Shown piece by piece: positions 14,317 to 20,000 of a DNA stretch of 20,000 nt (positions are counted from its first letter, which is position 1; every line of letters starts with the position of its first letter). The notes below the pieces were generated by a model. That model saw only the letters and a list, made by a program, of their open reading frames with translations, was not told the origin of the DNA and searched no databases. The stretch lies in IMG/VR virus record IMGVR_UViG_3300032931_000293. One strand, given 5' to 3'. Position numbers and translations under genes: made by a program. This DNA comes from an uncultured virus (IMG/VR IMGVR_UViG_3300032931_000293). Its lineage: Duplodnaviria; Heunggongvirae; Uroviricota; Caudoviricetes.

Positions 14317-15012
14317 ATGAACTACTTTAAGACTACTTACGAACTTTGTAATTTCGGGTTCGGTGAAAAAATCACTCAATCGTTTGATGTTGTTTTCGAG
14401 ATTAACGAAACGGAATGCACCGAAGAAAACCGAGAGAAGTTTGATAATGCGGCTCATAAAGCTGCTTGTAAGCAAATCCCCAAGTTTGATTATAAGAACT
14501 CGGGGTTGCCTCTTGAACAAGGTTGGTCAAGTATGATGGGTGGACACAAGTACACTCGCTTGAATCTTCCTTGGCTCAAGCATAAGCTACAAAAACCAGC
14601 ACCCGGAAAGCCCGTAATTGCTTGTAGGTACACCGTTCCTAACTCTTGGAACAATGAAGTAAGTACATATCGTGCTACCGGATTCTATAAACTTATCAAG
14701 GATCCTTATAAACCTAGTAAGTTTGATGCTGAAGTATTCCCCGAACTACTCAAGCCACGATGGAAGGTTGTCAAGTGCTTGCCAAAGAATGCACAAATAA
14801 TTAGTGGATGCGGAATTGCGGGAAGTCTTGATGTTATTAGTGATGTTACGGTTGGGAATCTTGTTGAATGGGGTGAAAGTCAACTCAAACAAGCACAATG
14901 GGAATATGCCGAACAAGTGAAAAAGAGTAGTGAAGTTATGTTTCAATCCGACTTCCGATCCTATATTCCCGAGTGGACGAAAAAACTAGGCTTGACAATC
15001 CTTCCCCCATAG
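14317..15012 (+). CDS. Hypothetical protein (231 aa), leaderless
   Basis: TTGACT(14284)-N15-TAGGAT-N6-ATG. Confidence 0.85.
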   Translation: MNYFKTTYELCNFGFGEKITQSFDVVFEINETECTEENREKFDNAAHKAACKQIPKFDYKNSGLPLEQGWSSMMGGHKYTRLNLPWLKHKLQKPAPGKPVIACRYTVPNSWNNEVSTYRATGFYKLIKDPYKPSKFDAEVFPELLKPRWKVVKCLPKNAQIISGCGIAGSLDVISDVTVGNLVEWGESQLKQAQWEYAEQVKKSSEVMFQSDFRSYIPEWTKKLGLTILPP

Positions 15013-15026
15013 TCTACACTATAGCT

Positions 15027-15185
15027 ATGAGCAACTACCAAGTCCTTCGACTCTCGACCGGAAACACCAAGGGTGATGTAATCGGAACTTATGAGAATCG
15101 AGAAGTTGCTGAAGCTACTCGAAAGTTGCTTAACGATACTACTCCTGGTTATCTTCTCTTTTTCTTCATCGTTAAAGAAGTTTAA
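15027..15185 (+). CDS. Hypothetical protein, leaderless
   Basis: TTGACA(14992)-N17-TACACT-N6-ATG (the only 17-bp spacer seen). Confidence 0.75.
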   Translation: MSNYQVLRLSTGNTKGDVIGTYENREVAEATRKLLNDTTPGYLLFFFIVKEV

Positions 15186-15240
15186 GTTCTTAGTACTTAC
15201 TTACTAAGTGGTGCCGAGGGGTCTATCAGACTCAGCACGG

Positions 15241-15268
15241 AAATCCCAGAGTAATTTCTGGGATTTTT
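15241..15268 (+). terminator. Rho-independent terminator
   Basis: AAATCCCAGA-gtaatt-TCTGGGATTT-TT. Confidence 0.8.
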
Positions 15269-15278
15269 CGTTTAACCC

Positions 15279-15299
15279 CCTTGAGTAGTGTATGACACA
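15279..15299 (+). repeat. 21-bp dispersed element, copy 9
   Basis: CCTTGAG TAG TGTATGACACA. Confidence 0.9.
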
Positions 15300-15353
15300 C
15301 AATTCCTTGACAACCCCAAAAACACTTGTACAATTCCGCCCAAGGAGATACAA

Positions 15354-15419
15354 ATGACTACACTCTTTATTATTCTATTCGGCGGTTGGCTTCTAAGCCC
15401 TACCTTCAATGAAAATTAA
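15354..15419 (+). CDS. 21-aa hydrophobic peptide MTTLFIILFGGWLLSPTFNEN
   Basis: Promoter 15307, strong SD AAGGAG; overlaps the start of the next gene. Confidence 0.55.
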   Translation: MTTLFIILFGGWLLSPTFNEN

Positions 15420-15957
15420 TACTATTCTTATATTTCTCTCAACTGTTGCCCCTGCATCTGAGTTGAGTTTTACTAACATTAGCCAACCAATGTCAGTAGA
15501 AACTTATGTATTTGGGAAATCCCATCATACTAATCGTAAGGTCGATTGGAATGAAAATAACTATGGAATGGGCCTTGGAATCGCTTACACAATGCCTACT
15601 GATTATGGTCAGAAAATTGTTGACTTTACATTAATTGGAGGTACTTATAAAGACTCTTATAACGAATCTGCTCGATTCTTTATGCCTGGTATTAGACTTA
15701 ACTACGGTAAACGCAATGACTTACATTGGAATATCGGATTTAATGTAGGATATTTTGAGGGGTCGGGGTGCCGTGGTACTGGTATGCTCCCAAGTTTAGG
15801 AATTGGTTGGAATCGATTTGATATTTGCCTTACTGGGTCAATCCCTACTATTGGAGATAAACGAAATCCTAATGGTAGTCGTAATCCTGAAGATAATAGA
15901 AATACTTCAAGTGGCTTTATAGCAACTTTTTTAAGGATCAAAGTTGCCTCTTGGTGA
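15409..15957 (+). CDS. PagP-like outer-membrane beta-barrel (putative lipid A acyltransferase)
   Basis: Signal peptide; SHH...WNENNYGMGLG and YKDSYN align by eye with E. coli PagP WH...YNERPWGGGFG and FKDSWN; amphipathic strands; terminal Trp. Confidence 0.7.
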   Translation: MKINTILIFLSTVAPASELSFTNISQPMSVETYVFGKSHHTNRKVDWNENNYGMGLGIAYTMPTDYGQKIVDFTLIGGTYKDSYNESARFFMPGIRLNYGKRNDLHWNIGFNVGYFEGSGCRGTGMLPSLGIGWNRFDICLTGSIPTIGDKRNPNGSRNPEDNRNTSSGFIATFLRIKVASW

Positions 15958-15986
15958 CTTGACAACTACTCAAAAGCCACTATAAG

Positions 15987-16289
15987 GTGCTTATGAAAAA
16001 TATCTGCCGTTTCTGTAAGAATTGGGGTGGGAAGTATTTCTCGGTTGCCGATATGCTCAAGCCATCTTGGCAAGGGTTCGGATGGACCGATCCTGTAGCG
16101 GCTCGGGAATATATTATTGAGTCTCGAAATACTGAAAAGGGGAAGTGGAGTTGTCCGGTACTCAAAGATACTCTTGAAATTGATCTTGACCAAGGTTCAG
16201 GATATGATGCCGGTGATGCTTCTGTTGAAGAAGTGAATACTCCCGGTGACTTTGGTTGTAACAAGTGGGAACCGTGGGAAACTACTTGA
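15987..16289 (+). CDS. Hypothetical Cys-containing protein (CxxCxxW ... C ... FGC), leaderless
   Basis: TTGACA(15959)-N16-TATAAG-N6-ATG. Confidence 0.8.
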   Translation: MLMKNICRFCKNWGGKYFSVADMLKPSWQGFGWTDPVAAREYIIESRNTEKGKWSCPVLKDTLEIDLDQGSGYDAGDASVEEVNTPGDFGCNKWEPWETT

Positions 16290-16334
16290 CTTCTACTCTC
16301 AAGCTACTATAAAACTACTCACAAGGAAACTATC

Positions 16335-16712
16335 ATGGGCTACGAGCAACGCATCTATGTCGGTCAACCCTCACCTTATCCGGTTCCATCTATTGATGGT
16401 AATAAGACTTATTTCCAAGTGTTCGGTATGATTGACGTTTGCAAGGTCGGTGGTAGTCATAGTGATACGGCGTTTGCTATGCCGGTTTTCATTTTTGGCA
16501 CTGATGGTGATACCAAGATTGAAAAAGATCACTATGGTACGGAACTCGTTGCCATTCCTATCAATCAAGTGATTGCTTCTCTCAAGGCAATCAATGCCAA
16601 TGAAAAGTACACCCGTACCAAGTGGGCTTATGATATGCTCGTAAGCATGTCAAAGGTTCGCAAGGGGTATCATGGCATGGTGGCAACTCATTGCGTCATC
16701 TTTGGGCATTGA
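16335..16712 (+). CDS. Hypothetical protein
   Basis: Promoter 16286, SD AAGGA. Confidence 0.85.
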   Translation: MGYEQRIYVGQPSPYPVPSIDGNKTYFQVFGMIDVCKVGGSHSDTAFAMPVFIFGTDGDTKIEKDHYGTELVAIPINQVIASLKAINANEKYTRTKWAYDMLVSMSKVRKGYHGMVATHCVIFGH

Positions 16713-16756
16713 CAACGGCTAAAAGCCCATAGAATAAATCTCACAAGGAAACTAAT

Positions 16757-17041
16757 ATGACTGATACCATCGTCTATACGACCGTCTCCCTTGGTGGTGG
16801 GGTTGATGGAAGGGATCATACTGACAAGGGCGGAAATGTCACGGGAGCCTATCTTGACAAGGGTAAGGCTCAGAATAGCCCTAATAAGGGTTGGGAGAAG
16901 GTTGTCCCGATTGTAGTTGACCTTGAGGAAACGGCAACAAACTTCTTCAAGAAGGCCGATCCGGTCCTTCGCCTTGCTATTGAGCATCACTACAATGGAA
17001 CGGCTACTCAAACTCGAATAGGCTTAATTCCTAGGGTATGA
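16757..17041 (+). CDS. Hypothetical protein
   Basis: Promoter 16709, SD AAGGA. Confidence 0.8.
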   Translation: MTDTIVYTTVSLGGGVDGRDHTDKGGNVTGAYLDKGKAQNSPNKGWEKVVPIVVDLEETATNFFKKADPVLRLAIEHHYNGTATQTRIGLIPRV

Positions 17042-17089
17042 AATCTAGATTGAAGATTGACTTTCTTAAAAGGTCACTAGGATACTACT

Positions 17090-17305
17090 ATGCACGCCAC
17101 TCTCACCATTCCCGATAAGCACTCCACCGGAAAGGCTCATGTCTTTCGTTTGTACCGTGATGGACACATTGCGTACAATCAACAGATCATGGGACGTTTG
17201 TTCTATCGTAGCTTTGAGCGTGCCTCGAAGCGACATGGGTACTATGAGTACCTCAAGGCCGTTTGCCCTTGCCCCACCAAGTATGCTAAGATGCATGCGG
17301 TTTAA
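17090..17305 (+). CDS. Hypothetical basic protein, leaderless
   Basis: TTGACT(17057)-N15-TAGGAT-N6-ATG. Confidence 0.8.
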   Translation: MHATLTIPDKHSTGKAHVFRLYRDGHIAYNQQIMGRLFYRSFERASKRHGYYEYLKAVCPCPTKYAKMHAV

Positions 17306-17345
17306 TGTGACTTGACAAACATTAAACCCACATAGAATAAAACCC

Positions 17346-17699
17346 ATGAAAACCATCGCTTCGGTCGCCATTGAATCCATCGAATCCGCTCGGAAGTCAT
17401 TGACAGATCCGGATTGGCATAAGGAAAACTATGACCTTTACAAGTCATGGATGGTTATGCGGGATCAAGCCCACACTAAGTCCATGAACGAGTGGCGTGA
17501 CTTCGTGAGTTCCCTTATGTATGGATTGATTGAAGACTATAAGAATGGTAGCAAGGATAGGAATTTGTGGACCGAATCCGGTAACATGCGAATTTCCGCT
17601 AATGTTATGGGTGGATTCAAGGATTGTCCCAAGTGGGAAGTCTATGTGTCAATTTCTGTCACCGATCATAAGGTGAGGAATCGTATCTACCCCTCTTGA
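17346..17699 (+). CDS. Hypothetical protein, leaderless
   Basis: TTGACA(17312)-N15-TAGAAT-N7-ATG. Confidence 0.8.
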   Translation: MKTIASVAIESIESARKSLTDPDWHKENYDLYKSWMVMRDQAHTKSMNEWRDFVSSLMYGLIEDYKNGSKDRNLWTESGNMRISANVMGGFKDCPKWEVYVSISVTDHKVRNRIYPS

Positions 17700-17743
17700 C
17701 ATATCCAAAGGGTTGATATAGTAATCCTCACAAGGAAACAAAC

Positions 17744-17944
17744 ATGCCAACTTGCCCTAACTGTGGCTCATGTGATTGTGAAGATATCGATGATAATCGA
17801 TATGCTTGCCTTGATTGTGAAACGGACTTCACCTATTACTATCCCGATGAAAGTGGAATCCTTATCGACCCTAAGGTAGATTCGGAGTCACTTGATATGC
17901 AACACTTCGATGATCGTATATCATGCCTTGGTGATGAAGAGTAA
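17744..17944 (+). CDS. Small acidic zinc-ribbon protein
   Basis: CPNCGS...YACLDC; promoter 17696, SD AAGGA. Confidence 0.8.
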   Translation: MPTCPNCGSCDCEDIDDNRYACLDCETDFTYYYPDESGILIDPKVDSESLDMQHFDDRISCLGDEE

Positions 17945-17946
17945 AG

Positions 17947-17975
17947 AAAAAGGGAGCCTTGTGGCTCCCTTTTTT
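17947..17975. terminator. Bidirectional terminator
   Basis: AAAAAGGGAGCC-ttgt-GGCTCCCTTTTT between convergent genes. Confidence 0.9.
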
Positions 17976-17988
17976 AGTTTCTTATAAG

Positions 17989-18009
17989 CGACTCACACAC
18001 TACTCAAGG
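17989..18009 (-). repeat. 21-bp dispersed element, copy 10 (inverted, partly degenerate)
   Basis: Reverse complement reads CCTTGAG TAG TGTGTGAGTCG; its TGA is the stop of the 366-aa gene. Confidence 0.8.
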
Positions 18010-19104
18010 TTTCCAGTTTTCTAAAGGTGGATCCGAACCCCTCAATAAGAATGTTTGTTGTACACCTTTAATGTATGTATTATAGAACTTTCCAAGTGAG
18101 TCTGAGTTAGTCCAATCTCTAAATAGTGCTCCATCATCAGTAAAGAATGCCATAATATTATGTGGACTTCCTTTAATTGAATAGTATACTACAAAGTTCT
18201 TTTTAGCCCTATTGAACCCTAATGCAAGATATCCAATGCAACTTGATTCTTTATAACAAGTGTCAAGTAATGGACCATAACTAACCGAATCGGCTTTAGC
18301 ATTTGATGCTTTAATATCGTCAATTTCTTCTTGCTTTAATCTAGCCATTTCAGCTTTTTTAGCCTCAAAAGCCTTTTGACGAGCCTTGACATTCTCCGGA
18401 CTCCAATATTCCGCAGATTCTTTTATAAGTTTTTCAGTTCTTTGCTTTAGAGTCTCTTTAGAGGCTATTGCATCTTGATAAACAGCTTTCTTATCTGGTA
18501 CTTCCCAAGGCGCATATTGATACTTATCTGAAGTAACTTGGGATTTTCCATAAAGTTGTTGTAAACTCTTATATTCATTAGAGTTAGGTAAAACTTCATG
18601 ATCAAACTCTAAAGTCCATTTCCCACCAGGCACTTTATACTTGCCTTTAGGTAATGGTAAGTTACCATCAAGGAAGTAATCGAGGTACATTGGAGCTACT
18701 TGACATTTGCCGCCACAACACTTATGAGGTTCCTTGTAAGTATTTGATAATGCTCCTTTGTGTACATTTGGATCAATTTTTGGTATACTATCAATAGGAG
18801 TAGTCACAACTTCATTAACTTTAGTAGCTCCAAAGGGCTTCCCTTTGACCGAGTTGTTAAAAGTAAAACCTGGAGATTGTTTAGGATCTGTTAACTTATA
18901 AAAGAGTTCATATGGACTCTTGACATCATACCACTTAATGGTATCTTGATCTACTTGGAAGCTAACTCCAAGTATCCATCCACCATTTTGGATGTATCTT
19001 TGATCTTTTGCTTGTGCTAAATGAATAGCATGTATGAAGCTACTATCAACTAATTTAAACCCATATGTTGATGCAAATTTTGGAAGTGGATAACTTGTTC
19101 TCAT
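18004..19104 (-). CDS. Protein with N- and C-terminal KTSC-like domains
   Basis: VDSSFIHAI...SPGFTFNNSVKG and ESSCIGYL...SDSLGKFYNTYIKG match the KTSC pattern SS.I.......S.G..FN..IKG; central coiled-coil; SD AAGGAG. Confidence 0.7.
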   Translation of the reverse strand: MRTSYPLPKFASTYGFKLVDSSFIHAIHLAQAKDQRYIQNGGWILGVSFQVDQDTIKWYDVKSPYELFYKLTDPKQSPGFTFNNSVKGKPFGATKVNEVVTTPIDSIPKIDPNVHKGALSNTYKEPHKCCGGKCQVAPMYLDYFLDGNLPLPKGKYKVPGGKWTLEFDHEVLPNSNEYKSLQQLYGKSQVTSDKYQYAPWEVPDKKAVYQDAIASKETLKQRTEKLIKESAEYWSPENVKARQKAFEAKKAEMARLKQEEIDDIKASNAKADSVSYGPLLDTCYKESSCIGYLALGFNRAKKNFVVYYSIKGSPHNIMAFFTDDGALFRDWTNSDSLGKFYNTYIKGVQQTFLLRGSDPPLENWKP

Positions 19105-19221
19105 AAAATCTCTCCTTTTTTGTATATTAAGATTATAAATCCAAAATCAAAAGTTTTAAGAGGGGACTTGACAACCTCAAATGGCCTATAGAATGAGACA
19201 CATAACCCATAAGGAATACCT

Positions 19222-19653
19222 ATGCTCGTTACCCGTAAGAATATCATCGCTACCGCTCTTAAGATTAGCAAAATGGATGCGGATGTTTCCGAGGCCCTAC
19301 TTTTGAATTTGCTCGATAGCAACCCCACGATCATTCTCCGTGCCCTTGAGATTGGCATTGTCAAGCCACTCTTTAAGGTGGTTCTCATCAATCACGGTCC
19401 CAATAAGATTGGTGTCATCAAGGCTTTCCGTAAATATTGGGGTGCCGGATTGGCCGGACCCTGGATCTGGTCCGAGGGGAAGCCGTACAATGACCTTCCT
19501 TCGGGTGTGTGGGCGCATAACTTGACCAAGGAACAAGCCTTTGATGCATTGAGCAAGGTTAACGGATTACTTATTAGTACCGGTGTTAAGGCGGAAATCC
19601 TCCCTAATGATGCCACCGTCAATCCTCTTCCCTATACTTGGGCAACTCACTAA
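19222..19653 (+). CDS. Ribosomal protein bL12 (L7/L12) C-terminal-domain homologue
   Basis: FKVVLINHGPNKIGVIKAFRKYWGAGL...LTKEQA resembles L12 [27 protein letters not shown]...VSKDDA. Confidence 0.75.
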   Translation: MLVTRKNIIATALKISKMDADVSEALLLNLLDSNPTIILRALEIGIVKPLFKVVLINHGPNKIGVIKAFRKYWGAGLAGPWIWSEGKPYNDLPSGVWAHNLTKEQAFDALSKVNGLLISTGVKAEILPNDATVNPLPYTWATH

Positions 19654-19919
19654 TGGAGACTAAAATGCTTTCCGAACTAAAGAAACTCGTACTTTCACTT
19701 GACGTTGACTCGGGGGTCGATAAGGACACCTATACTAAGGTTCTCCTCACTATTAAGGATATGATGGGAGCCGATGCCGAAATGATCCTTGATGAAGCAA
19801 CCGAGTGTGGTCAATCCGGTGAAATCTACTTCCCCGAAGAGGGGATGGCACTACCAACATGGAAGCGAATGGTCCATGCCTATCGAGAAGAAAAAGCACT
19901 TGACAAAGCCAATGCCTAA
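19653..19919 (+). CDS. Hypothetical protein
   Basis: TAATG coupling (ORF track start 19638). Confidence 0.75.
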   Translation: METKMLSELKKLVLSLDVDSGVDKDTYTKVLLTIKDMMGADAEMILDEATECGQSGEIYFPEEGMALPTWKRMVHAYREEKALDKANA

Positions 19920-19932
19920 GTAGGATAATGCC

Positions 19933-20000
19933 ATGACACCTAAACTCGTTACTAAAATCAATGGTAGTTTCGTTAAGTGGTTTTACGGTGGCATTCTAAC
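19933..20000 (+). CDS. Hypothetical protein, leaderless, runs off the window
   Basis: TTGACA(19900)-N15-TAGGAT-N6-ATG; MTPKLVTKINGSFVKWFYGGIL... Confidence 0.7.
   Translation, partial: MTPKLVTKINGSFVKWFYGGIL

Noticed and set aside
939..18009. 21-bp repeats as a CRISPR array
   Set aside because: Spacing is 0.65-6 kb and irregular, orientations are mixed, whole genes lie between copies, and no cas genes are present.
1867..19622. Minus-strand and alternate-frame ORFs in the track (e.g. 2747-3013, 5234-5626, 6646-7005, 6798-7196, 7779-8156, 11619-11999, 12142-12408, 12885-13088, 14176-14520)
   Set aside because: They overlap better-supported + strand genes or RNAs that have promoters and SD/leaderless starts; they lack their own signals and look like shadow frames.

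Overview
Bacteriophage DNA, most likely the early/host-takeover region of a large lytic phage of a diderm (LPS) host. About 60 small, mostly hypothetical + strand genes are driven by ~42 sigma70-like promoters with an atypically short spacer (TTGAC[A/T]-N15/16-TAnnn[T/R]). About half of these transcripts are leaderless, and the -35 box often supplies the upstream gene's TGA stop. Recognisable proteins: a tandem-HNH endonuclease (5'-truncated), a zinc-repeat + PD-(D/E)XK/Vsr-like endonuclease, a DUF551 protein, a lipoprotein, a PagP-like outer-membrane beta-barrel, a double-KTSC protein and a ribosomal bL12 C-terminal-domain homologue. Two non-coding systems stand out. (1) A ~1.4 kb promoter-driven cluster of structured RNAs (11984-13373) holds three or four tRNA-shaped RNAs with hairpin insertions in the anticodon and/or D arms; two share an ACTA/ACTA internal loop and a GTACA apical loop. 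(2) A 21-bp dispersed element, CCTTGAG-NAG-TGTRTSAYACA, occurs 10 times in both orientations with flanking hairpins and ~11-bp phased repeats. All calls were made by eye; no searches or folding programs were run.
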